Shown here: positions 46,559-54,590 of the stretch, in pieces
Position numbering within the stretch: position 1 is the stretch's first letter
Layout of the letters: every line of letters begins with the position of its first letter
Origin: Candidatus Saccharimonadales bacterium
GTDB lineage: Bacteria; Patescibacteriota; Saccharimonadia; Saccharimonadales; JANWIN01
Length of the DNA: 64,000 nucleotides
Reading direction: 5' to 3'
NCBI GenBank assembly: GCA_025449905.1
Contig: JANWIN010000012.1
Location: 45,318-109,317, forward strand
Made by a program: the position numbers and the translations under genes
The notes under the pieces: generated by a model
What the model was told of the DNA's origin: nothing
Seen by the model: only the letters and a program-made list of their open reading frames with translations
Databases searched by the model: none

Positions 46559-47566
46559 ATGGCTGACAGTAAGGCAGCAACCGAAGGCAAAAATAAAGCA
46601 CTGGGGCTAGCCCTAGACACTATCGAAAAGCAGTTTGGCAAGGGCTCAATTATGAAATTGGGCGAAGCTCACAAAGTAAATGTCGAAACTATTCCGACCG
46701 GCAGCTTGAGCCTGGACTTAGCTTTGGGCGGTGGTATTCCAAAAGGGCGGGTGATTGAAATTTACGGGCCGGAAAGCTCTGGAAAAACCACTCTGACACT
46801 TCACGCCATTGCCGAAATTCAAAAATCTGGAGGCACAGCTGCGTTCATTGATGCCGAGCATGCACTGGATCCAGCCTATGCTAAGCGAATTGGCGTTGAT
46901 GTTGAAAACTTATTGCTTTCACAGCCAGACAATGGCGAGCAAGCTCTGGAAATTACCGAGACATTGGTGCGCTCCAACGCTGTTGACTTAGTTGTGGTAG
47001 ATTCCGTGGCAGCATTAGTACCACGGGCGGAAATAGAAGGAGACATGGGAGACAGTCACATGGGCCTGCAGGCCCGGCTGATGAGCCAAGCTTTACGCAA
47101 GTTAACGGGGGTAATTTCACGTTCTAAAACTACAGTGATTTTTATTAACCAAATTCGTATGAAGATTGGGGTGATGTTCGGCAACCCAGAAACTACCACC
47201 GGTGGTAATGCCCTGAAGTTTTACTCGAGCGTACGCATGGATATTCGCCGGATTGCCCAAATTAAGCAGGGCGAGGAAGTCATTGGCAATCGTACCCGCG
47301 TCAAAGTTGTTAAAAATAAAATCGCCGCACCATTTCGACAGGCTGAGTTCGACATTATGTACAACAAAGGTATTTCTAAATCTGGCGACGTGCTGGATCT
47401 GGCTGCAGAAGCTGAAATTGTCGAAAAATCCGGTGCATGGTACAGCTACAAAGGTACAAAATTTGCTCAAGGTCGCGAAGCCGCCAAGAAATATCTGGAG
47501 GACAATCCTAAAATCTTAGAAGAACTCGCCAAAAAAGTCACCGAAGCCGCCGCTAAGGAGGAATAA
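46559..47566 (+). CDS. recA: recombinase RecA
   Basis: Walker [20 protein letters not shown]1/L2 loop regions. Confidence 0.97.
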   Translation: MADSKAATEGKNKALGLALDTIEKQFGKGSIMKLGEAHKVNVETIPTGSLSLDLALGGGIPKGRVIEIYGPESSGKTTLTLHAIAEIQKSGGTAAFIDAEHALDPAYAKRIGVDVENLLLSQPDNGEQALEITETLVRSNAVDLVVVDSVAALVPRAEIEGDMGDSHMGLQARLMSQALRKLTGVISRSKTTVIFINQIRMKIGVMFGNPETTTGGNALKFYSSVRMDIRRIAQIKQGEEVIGNRTRVKVVKNKIAAPFRQAEFDIMYNKGISKSGDVLDLAAEAEIVEKSGAWYSYKGTKFAQGREAAKKYLEDNPKILEELAKKVTEAAAKEE

Positions 47567-47779
47567 ATGGGATTAATGCACGAGGCTAAAAAACAAGGTT
47601 TACTTCCTGAAAAAGTGCCAAGCAGAAGGAGTTTACACCCTCATCTCAGTGGATTAGTCATCGAGTCAGCCGAAGGAGTTAGATTTGCTCACACAGCAAC
47701 TACACTACCACAAGAAGCCTTACCTGAAGTTATGATGATAGAAAGTGAACCTGAGCAAACAGCCACTCCAAATGGCTAA
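47567..47779 (+). CDS. hypothetical 70-aa protein between recA and recX
   Basis: ATG immediately after recA TAA; AAGGAGG 6 nt upstream inside recA 3' end; overlaps recX ATG. Confidence 0.5.
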   Translation: MGLMHEAKKQGLLPEKVPSRRSLHPHLSGLVIESAEGVRFAHTATTLPQEALPEVMMIESEPEQTATPNG

Positions 47780-48377
47780 AATTACCTCTATAAAACAGCA
47801 GGTCAAGGATTCAAAACGCTATTCGATTTTTATTGACGGGAAATATAGTTTTTCGCTCAGCGAGCTGGCGCTAATAAACAGCGAGCTAAAACTTGGGCAG
47901 GAAATTTCTAAGAGTGAGCTAAAAAACTTCAAGCAAGAATCAGACCTAGATAGAGCCTACAACCGAGTTTTAAATCTGTTAGCACGCCGATCACGCAGCC
48001 AATGGGAAGTTGAAGATTACTTAAAACGCAAAAAATACGATAGTGAACAGATTGAAAAAATACTTAACAAGTTAAGGGACAGGTATTTAATAAATGATTT
48101 ATCATTTGCCAATGCTTGGATAGAAAATCGTCGTCTGCTTAAAAACATGAGCAAACGCAAACTAATGCAGGAACTGCGAGCTAAACGGATTAACGACGAA
48201 ATCATCAATGAAGTCATGGGTCTGGACGAAACCGGCGAGCTGGAAGTCTTAAAAGAACTGGTTGCCAAAAAGCGCAGCCAAAGTCGTTATAAGGATGACT
48301 TAAAACTCATGCAATATTTATCTCGCCAAGGTTTCAACTACAACGATATTAAGACTGTCCTACAAAAAGAAGACTAA
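47772..48377 (+). CDS. recX: recombination regulator RecX
   Basis: MAKITSIKQQ..R..I.IDG start typical of RecX; three-helix repeat region; GTG 47745 is an alternative start. Confidence 0.8.
   Translation: MAKITSIKQQVKDSKRYSIFIDGKYSFSLSELALINSELKLGQEISKSELKNFKQESDLDRAYNRVLNLLARRSRSQWEVEDYLKRKKYDSEQIEKILNKLRDRYLINDLSFANAWIENRRLLKNMSKRKLMQELRAKRINDEIINEVMGLDETGELEVLKELVAKKRSQSRYKDDLKLMQYLSRQGFNYNDIKTVLQKED
48064..48075. repeat. one-mismatch variant TTAACAAGTTAA (inside recX)
   Basis: 20-mer aaaatacttaacaagttaag identical to variant in glyA (61567-61586). Confidence 0.75.
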
Positions 48378-48383
48378 TCAAGC

Positions 48384-48430
48384 AAAATTGTACAACTTTG
48401 TGACGATCGTCAATATCTTGTACAATTTTT
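48384..48430. repeat. 46-bp three-dyad palindromic element, copy L2
   Basis: AAAATTGTACAA-N4-GTGACGATCGTCA-N5-TTGTACAATTTTT; same 15+15 bp dyad spacing as 22434-22479. Confidence 0.7.
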
Positions 48431-48432
48431 CG

Positions 48433-48984
48433 CTAGGTAGCGGGACTAAGCGGGACGGGAGCTGTTTGGGTTTCACCATCTTCAACGCCTTGAAGCGGGT
48501 CTTGAACGACAATCTTTTTGTTAGTAATTTCAGTAATTTGATCACGGTCTATGGCCAAACCGCCACCGCTAAAACTTTTTACAAGTGATTGAGCAATATA
48601 GATTTTGCCAATATACATGGTTTCAACTTCAACAGCATAGTCGCTGACCTTACCCAGGCGTTTCTTGCTAACAGTTACAACGGGCTTACCAATTAATGAA
48701 AAATTGAGTTTAATTATATCTTTGAGACGCACGAGTTCATCTGGCTGGCTTAACACTTCATGATCATTAACCGCAATACCTTGCGGCAAAATGTCACGGA
48801 TATCTTGACTGAGAAGAATCAGTTTTTGTTTGCGATTAAAGCTATCTTGGCAGAAAAAGCCCTCCACTTTTAAATTGTTGGGGTTGATTATAGCCTCAAG
48901 AGTCTGGCCTACCTGATTACCGGCCCGAAGGCTCATAACCGGCTGATTTAAAAAAGTCTGGCTCAAGTGAAACATCTGTTTCAA
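48433..48984 (-). CDS. PRC-barrel-like domain protein (tentative)
   Basis: Two repeats of a small beta-barrel-like segment (V.SLRAG..VG....II.P..L.V.GF; LIGKPVVT...K.LGKVSDY.V). Confidence 0.5.
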   Translation of the reverse strand: MKQMFHLSQTFLNQPVMSLRAGNQVGQTLEAIINPNNLKVEGFFCQDSFNRKQKLILLSQDIRDILPQGIAVNDHEVLSQPDELVRLKDIIKLNFSLIGKPVVTVSKKRLGKVSDYAVEVETMYIGKIYIAQSLVKSFSGGGLAIDRDQITEITNKKIVVQDPLQGVEDGETQTAPVPLSPAT

Positions 48985-49055
48985 GTATACCTCAACAAAA
49001 AAACATCATGCTACTGCTTGCATTCTAGAAAATAATTTTTTAAAGTTTTTTTGAA

Positions 49056-50504
49056 ATGATCAAAAGAGGAGGTTTGCTCATTGCGGCGGTGGCTGTGAGC
49101 ATGCTCTACTTACCAACAGTGGCTTTTGCGGTGGCGGCTCCGGCGTTGGCTACGCCGACAGGGCTGTCGCTGGCTGAAATAAAAATGACGGGGACTGAAT
49201 TCATAATGTTGCAAAATAATACCGGCAACACAATTACTAACCTGACCGATTATTCACTATATGGATTCAATAATGTCAACCCGCTTGCACCAGGGGTTAA
49301 TATTTCAGTCCAACAACTGCCAACTGGCAATTTATTGCCAGGTCAAACGGTTTTGCTGAGTGATGGCGGGGCGACCTGCGGCGCAGCTATAACCGCAGAC
49401 TTATCAATTGGACTGACAGATGGTAGTGGTTTTGTCCAGGTAGTAAAATCGAGTTTTGCGAACGGCCAAGTTGTCCAAGCTTCCGGGGATAGTGTGTCTT
49501 GGAGCTCGGGTGCTAATTCCTCGCCCGGTATGATTGCCAATGTTCCCTCTAACACCTTGTCACCGCTCAATGCTTACTATCGAATTCAAAATCCAGCTTC
49601 ATCAGGTGCGCCATTCTTATGGCAAAAAGCCAATCAAAATTCAAGCAATCTATGTGAACTAAATGTTGTTGGCCAAACAGGCGGGCCAACTAACCCAGGC
49701 AATCAGTTGCTACCGGGCTTGCCACCACCAGCAACAGTTATCAGTATTCCAATTCAAAAAGGAACTAATGGCAGTGGAGGTATACCAGCCAGCGATATTG
49801 GTCTTCGGGCACCTGTTCTTAATGAACTTTTGCCCAATCCGATAAAACCACAAACCGATGCCGACGATGAGTTTATCGAAATTTATAACCCAAACAAAGC
49901 AACTTTTGATTTAAGCGGGTTTAAATTACAAGTTAAATCAGCCACCTCATCTTCAAAGCGAACTTATACTTTTCCAAATGGCACAAAAATTGCCAGTCAA
50001 AAATTTGCTGCCTATCCATCATCAAATATCACCATTAGCTTAAACAACGCCGGTGCTCAAGTATGGCTGCTAGATCCTAATGAAGGCATTATAAGTAAAT
50101 CTGATGCTTATGGTGAGGGCGAAGAAGGCCAGGCTTGGGCACTAGCCGACGGCAAATGGTACTGGACCGATACACCTACACCAAATGCGGCGAATGAAAT
50201 TAAAGCTGTTGGTGGTTCTGGCACTGGTACAAATGGCAATGGTGTCGGCACTGTTAATGGATCAAATATTGGCACTGATGGTTTGCCAACAGGCAGTGGT
50301 TTAGCCCGTGCAACGGCTGGCCAAAACACTTCTTTACATCCGGCAATTCTTGCTGTGGTTGGAGGCCTCGCGTTACTATACGGAGCATATGAATACAGAC
50401 ACGACATTGCTAATCAAGTCCACAAAGCCAAACGATACCGAGCAGCTCGGGCAGCAAATAGGCCAGAGACTGCATGGTGGCGACGTTTTAGAACTCGTAA
50501 GTGA
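49056..50504 (+). CDS. secreted, C-terminally anchored protein with lamin-tail-domain (LTD) repeats
   Basis: Signal peptide; LNELLPNP...DDEFIEIYNP..ATFDLSGF LTD signature plus a second N-terminal LTD-like unit; C-terminal TM + basic tail. Confidence 0.7.
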   Translation: MIKRGGLLIAAVAVSMLYLPTVAFAVAAPALATPTGLSLAEIKMTGTEFIMLQNNTGNTITNLTDYSLYGFNNVNPLAPGVNISVQQLPTGNLLPGQTVLLSDGGATCGAAITADLSIGLTDGSGFVQVVKSSFANGQVVQASGDSVSWSSGANSSPGMIANVPSNTLSPLNAYYRIQNPASSGAPFLWQKANQNSSNLCELNVVGQTGGPTNPGNQLLPGLPPPATVISIPIQKGTNGSGGIPASDIGLRAPVLNELLPNPIKPQTDADDEFIEIYNPNKATFDLSGFKLQVKSATSSSKRTYTFPNGTKIASQKFAAYPSSNITISLNNAGAQVWLLDPNEGIISKSDAYGEGEEGQAWALADGKWYWTDTPTPNAANEIKAVGGSGTGTNGNGVGTVNGSNIGTDGLPTGSGLARATAGQNTSLHPAILAVVGGLALLYGAYEYRHDIANQVHKAKRYRAARAANRPETAWWRRFRTRK

Positions 50505-50874
50505 CCTCGGTGGTGGCAAAACAACTTTTGTTCGCGGGCTGGCGAAAGGTATGGGCAGCAAGGACCATGTAGCCAGCCCAAGCTTTACAATTGCCCGTGA
50601 ATACCGCTCGCCAAAGTTGACTTTAAAACATCTGGATTTTCATCGACTTGACGACGCCGGCATAGTCAAGCATGAACTGGCTGAAGCGCTTGAAGACTCA
50701 AATACAGTTGTGGCGATTGAATGGGCTGATGCCGTTCGCGATATTTTGCCTAAAGTACGACTTACTATTACTGTCAATACTTTGAGTGAAAATGAGCGAG
50801 AAATTGAAATAAAGTGCTCAAAACAGTTGAATTATTTAATTGAGGGTATCAAACATGCTGATTCTGACAATTAG
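50389..50874 (+). CDS. tsaE: tRNA t6A37 biosynthesis ATPase TsaE
   Basis: P-loop SDLGGGKTTFVRGL at residues about 38-50 from ATG 50389, HLDFHRL, IEWAD. Confidence 0.8.
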   Translation: MNTDTTLLIKSTKPNDTEQLGQQIGQRLHGGDVLELVSDLGGGKTTFVRGLAKGMGSKDHVASPSFTIAREYRSPKLTLKHLDFHRLDDAGIVKHELAEALEDSNTVVAIEWADAVRDILPKVRLTITVNTLSENEREIEIKCSKQLNYLIEGIKHADSDN

Positions 50875-51247
50875 AACCGATAAACCTGAAGCTGAAATTG
50901 GTCTTTATGAAGATAGACAAGAGATAGCTTATAAGAAATGGCAGGCCCACCGTGAATTGTCGCTAACAATTCATAAGAAAATTAAAACGCTTTTAAAAAG
51001 CCAAAAAAAAGATTGGACTGATATTGAAGGTGTTGTTTGCTTTCGTGGGCCGGGCAGTTTCACGGGGCTACGAATTGGTCTGACGCTAGGCAATACACTA
51101 GCTAGCGGCCTAAACATTCCAATAGTTTCCACGATTGGCAGAAACTGGCTAAAAAAGGGCCTAAAAAAACTGCAAAAAGGCATGAACGAAAAAATCGCTT
51201 TGCCTAAATATGGTGCGCCAGTTCACATTACAAAGCCAAAAAAGTAA
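50855..51247 (+). CDS. tsaB: TsaB (YeaZ)-like t6A protein, short form
   Basis: MLILTIRTD start, FRGPGSFTGLRIGL; only 130 aa. Confidence 0.75.
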   Translation: MLILTIRTDKPEAEIGLYEDRQEIAYKKWQAHRELSLTIHKKIKTLLKSQKKDWTDIEGVVCFRGPGSFTGLRIGLTLGNTLASGLNIPIVSTIGRNWLKKGLKKLQKGMNEKIALPKYGAPVHITKPKK

Positions 51248-51425
51248 ATTATTTGGTGAAACAAAAAACACAGCGTATTATTATGCTAGGATTTGACTCT
51301 AAATTTTGGGAGTAAATCCGAAAACCGTATTTACTAAATTATTTGATATTCAGATAAGCGTGCGCAACTAATGAAGTGATAGTGATTGTTGCTAACCGCT
51401 TTTCTGCAGTGTAAAGGAGAAGGAT

Positions 51426-52940
51426 ATGGATCCAATTACCATAGTTCTTGCTGTGGCTGGTTTGGGTATTGGTTTTGGCGGAGCAACTGCTTTTAATAAG
51501 AAAAAGCTGGGTTCGGTTGAAGAAAATGCCAAGAAAGAATTAGACAAAGCCAAAAAGGAAGCTGAAAAGCTAGTCCAATCGGCACGGGAAGAAGCCAACA
51601 CATTGGCTGAAGAGGCTCGTAAAGAGGAACAAAATCGACGAAAAGAAGTTAAAGAAATTGAAAAAAAGTTATTAGAGCGCCAAGAAACAGTTGATAAAAA
51701 ACTGGACGAACTGGACAAGCGCACTGAAGCGCTTCGCAAAAGTGAAGATGAAGTTGAATCACTCAAAAATGAAATTCGTGACATCCGCAAAAAACAGCAA
51801 GATAAATTAGAGAAGGTTGCCAAATTAAGTAAAGCTGAAGCTGCCGACAAATTACTAAAAATGACTGAACGCGATATTAAAGATGACCTAAAAGGTTTGG
51901 TTGATAAACTGCAAAATGAAGCTAAAGAAAATGCTGAAGAACTAGCCGGCGTAGTACTGGTGGGGGCCATGGAACGCATGGCCAGCGAGGTAACTGCCGA
52001 ACGAACCGTTACAGCTGTAAAGCTGGAAGACGAAGAAATGAAGGGCCGCATTATCGGTAAAGAAGGCCGCAACATTCAAGCCCTGCAACGAGCGACTGGC
52101 GTAGACATTATGGTTGACGACACTCCGGGAATGATTGTATTGAGCTCGTTTGACCCAGTGCGCCGCGAGGTGGCCCGCCAAGCTATGGAAATGCTACTTA
52201 AAGATGGCCGTGTTCACCCAGGTCGTATTGAGGAAGTTGTAGAAAAGGCCCAAAAAGAAGTTCAAAAAGAAGTTGTCCGAGCCGGTGAAGATGCCGCCCG
52301 TGAAGTTGGCATCATTGGTATACCCAAAGAGGTTTTACAGTATCTGGGCGAGCTTAAATTTAGAACCAGTTATGGTCAGAACGTTTTGAAACACTCAACT
52401 GAAATGGCCCATATTGCCGGCATTATTGCCGAAGAACTAGGTGCCGATGTTAAAACCACCAAATACGCGGCGCTGGTGCATGACCTAGGTAAAGCTTTAA
52501 CTCATAAGATGGAAGGTAAGCATCACCACATTAGCGGTGAAATCCTACGCAAATATGGCGTGCCGGAGGAAGTCGCTCATGCCGCCGAAGCCCATCACGA
52601 TGATATGGAAGCAACCACTACCGAAGCGGTAATTGTCCGCGTGGTTGATGCTATAAGCGCTGCCCGTCCCGGTGCTCGAAACATCAGTGCCGAGAATTTT
52701 GCTGAGCGTATGAAAGAGCTGGAAAACGTGGCCAACGGTTTTGAAGGCATCGAGAAGTCTTATGCCATTAGCGCTGGACGCGAAGTTCGTATTTTTGTTA
52801 AGCCCGAGGATATTGATGATTTATCAGCAATTAAATTAGCACGAGACGTGGCTAATAAAATTGAAAGCACCATGCAATACCCCGGCACAATTAAAGTCAA
52901 TGTCATACGAGAGACCCGCGCCCTCGAATACGCTAAATAA
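51426..52940 (+). CDS. rny: ribonuclease Y
   Basis: N-terminal TM, K/E coiled coil, KH (GRIIGKEGRNI) and HD (LVHDLGK) domains; AAGGAG RBS. Confidence 0.95.
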   Translation: MDPITIVLAVAGLGIGFGGATAFNKKKLGSVEENAKKELDKAKKEAEKLVQSAREEANTLAEEARKEEQNRRKEVKEIEKKLLERQETVDKKLDELDKRTEALRKSEDEVESLKNEIRDIRKKQQDKLEKVAKLSKAEAADKLLKMTERDIKDDLKGLVDKLQNEAKENAEELAGVVLVGAMERMASEVTAERTVTAVKLEDEEMKGRIIGKEGRNIQALQRATGVDIMVDDTPGMIVLSSFDPVRREVARQAMEMLLKDGRVHPGRIEEVVEKAQKEVQKEVVRAGEDAAREVGIIGIPKEVLQYLGELKFRTSYGQNVLKHSTEMAHIAGIIAEELGADVKTTKYAALVHDLGKALTHKMEGKHHHISGEILRKYGVPEEVAHAAEAHHDDMEATTTEAVIVRVVDAISAARPGARNISAENFAERMKELENVANGFEGIEKSYAISAGREVRIFVKPEDIDDLSAIKLARDVANKIESTMQYPGTIKVNVIRETRALEYAK

Positions 52941-52954
52941 CGTACAATAGTGGC

Positions 52955-53140
52955 ATGATGAAAATCGTGCGTGATCCAAATCCATCGGAGTTTAAGAAAC
53001 AGGTACTAGTTTCAGCCATTGCTATTTTTATTTTGGCAGTTCTGGTTATTATTTTCGCCAAAGTTGCTGTTGGCGGACTTATAGCACTTTTATCTGCGGT
53101 TTTCGCTATCAGCAGTCAAGTTAGCATAAAGAATAAATAA
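52955..53140 (+). CDS. hypothetical small membrane protein
   Basis: 61 aa, two hydrophobic helices. Confidence 0.45.
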   Translation: MMKIVRDPNPSEFKKQVLVSAIAIFILAVLVIIFAKVAVGGLIALLSAVFAISSQVSIKNK

Positions 53141-53141
53141 C

Positions 53142-53702
53142 ATGGCGAAAACTCAAAAACTACCGCCGATAACTAGTGACACAAAAATTCTTAGTTTTGA
53201 CATTGAAACCAATGACCTACACGGTAAGGCTTTTGCAATTGGGGCAGTGCTGGTTGATGCCAACGGCAAAGTAGTTGACGAATTCAGTGGTCGCATTGAA
53301 ATTACGGGTCCTGTTCACGAATGGGTTAAAGTAAAAGTTCTGTCGGTCATCACTGACATGCCTGTTAATTACAAAAGCTACAAAGAACTCCAAGAAGCTT
53401 TTTGGCAGTGGTATTTAAAGGCCGAAGAAAAAAGCGATTATGTGGTGGTTAACAATGGCTACCCAATAGAATATAAATATTTACTGGAGTGTCAGCAGAT
53501 TGATTTAGAAGAGCGCTATTGGCAGCACCCTTTTCCAATCTTAGATTTGGCGAGCTTACTAATTATGATAGGCGAAAATAAAAACGAATTTGTCAAAGAG
53601 TTCATGAAAGAATCTAGTTTTAAAACTCATCATCCCGTGCATGACGCGATGGTTACGGCTCTAGCAGCCTTTAAAGCTTTTCGCCAAGCCGGCCAATTAT
53701 AA
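53142..53702 (+). CDS. DEDDh-type 3'-5' exonuclease (tentative)
   Basis: ILSFDIETN (ExoI), HHPVHDAMVTA (ExoIII H-x4-D). Confidence 0.6.
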   Translation: MAKTQKLPPITSDTKILSFDIETNDLHGKAFAIGAVLVDANGKVVDEFSGRIEITGPVHEWVKVKVLSVITDMPVNYKSYKELQEAFWQWYLKAEEKSDYVVVNNGYPIEYKYLLECQQIDLEERYWQHPFPILDLASLLIMIGENKNEFVKEFMKESSFKTHHPVHDAMVTALAAFKAFRQAGQL

Positions 53703-53704
53703 TC

Positions 53705-53781
53705 TGGTCGGGGTGAGAGGACTTGAACCTCCGGCCTCCGCGTCCCAAACGCGGCGCGCTAGCCAACTGCGCCACACCCCG
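53705..53781 (-). tRNA. tRNA-Pro (UGG)
   Basis: cggggtg acceptor, anticodon loop uuUGGga, encoded CCA. Confidence 0.9.
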
Positions 53782-53826
53782 ACTAGCTGTTATTTTACAG
53801 GGATAATCTCAACAAGCAAAAACAAA

Positions 53827-53903
53827 TGGTCGGGGTGACTGGATTTGAACCAGCGACCTCATCGTCCCGAACGATGCGCGCTACCGAGCTGCGCCACACC
53901 CCG
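53827..53903 (-). tRNA. tRNA-Pro (CGG)
   Basis: cggggtg acceptor, anticodon loop uuCGGga, encoded CCA. Confidence 0.9.
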
Positions 53904-53948
53904 TTTGTATCTGGTTATTTTATCAAAATGTAAGATACAATACTTCTT

Positions 53949-54590
53949 ATGTTTAAGTTAGCATTCCTAATCTTGATTGGACTGATAATTATACTGCCCA
54001 CTGGGCGTGCTAAAACCAAGAAAAAAATTAGCAATGAGCTCACGCGCAAAATACCGCACCTAGTGGGCGCAACTATTTATGCTGCAGCGCCTTTCTTGGT
54101 TGATATGAGAATCGTTAGCCTCTTGGCACTACTCAATTTGGTGGTGGCAATGCTAGCCAGAAAGTACGGTTGGTTTTCTATCGCCCGCAGCGTAGGTCGT
54201 AAAACGTGGGGCGATATTTTCTTTCCCATCGGCGTACTGATAACTAGTTTATTAACGGACTCTAACTGGGTGTTTGCAGCGGCTATGTTAAATCTCGGTA
54301 TTGCCGACGCAGCTGCGGCCTTGGTCGGCAAAAGATTTGGCGGTCGCTTTACGTACAAAATTGCCGGCCAAACAAAAAGTATTATCGGCAGCTGGGCATT
54401 TTGGCTGACAGCTTTTCTAGTAACTTCAATTGCTTTATCTCATCTTGGAGTTGGTGATTCTATGTATTGGCAAACGCTTGTTTGGCTGCCTCTTATTTTG
54501 ACGGCTGCTGAAAACGCCGGGGTTTACGGCCTTGATAATTTATCAATCCCAATTCTAACGGCCTGTATGCTTAACATGTTAAGCATTTAA
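53949..54590 (+). CDS. CTP-dependent polyprenol/diacylglycerol kinase or cytidylyltransferase family membrane protein
   Basis: GIADAAAALVGKRFG......KS..GS.AFW pattern of the CdsA/dolichol-kinase superfamily. Confidence 0.65.
   Translation: MFKLAFLILIGLIIILPTGRAKTKKKISNELTRKIPHLVGATIYAAAPFLVDMRIVSLLALLNLVVAMLARKYGWFSIARSVGRKTWGDIFFPIGVLITSLLTDSNWVFAAAMLNLGIADAAAALVGKRFGGRFTYKIAGQTKSIIGSWAFWLTAFLVTSIALSHLGVGDSMYWQTLVWLPLILTAAENAGVYGLDNLSIPILTACMLNMLSI
54567..54586. repeat. TTAACATGTTAA palindrome copy 5, extended to 20-bp perfect palindrome
   Basis: atgcTTAACATGTTAAgcat; encodes LNMLSI* of the plus gene and ELNA* of the minus gene (12-nt convergent overlap). Confidence 0.9.

Noticed and set aside
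46287-46601. 104-aa minus-strand ORF spanning the pilB-recA spacer
   Set aside because: It covers the intergenic repeat, the recA promoter and the RBS. It has no RBS and odd composition. The region is better explained as regulatory or repeat DNA.
22434-48430. The two three-dyad elements as boundaries of a 26-kb mobile island
   Set aside because: The interval holds core housekeeping genes (dnaK, ruvABC, the pilus operon, recA). It has no integrase, no tRNA-edge insertion and no compositional shift that I could see.
51392-52075. 227-aa Ser-rich ORF on the minus strand
   Set aside because: It is fully antisense to the K/E-rich N-terminal part of rny. Its low-complexity composition mirrors the sense codons, so it is a shadow ORF.
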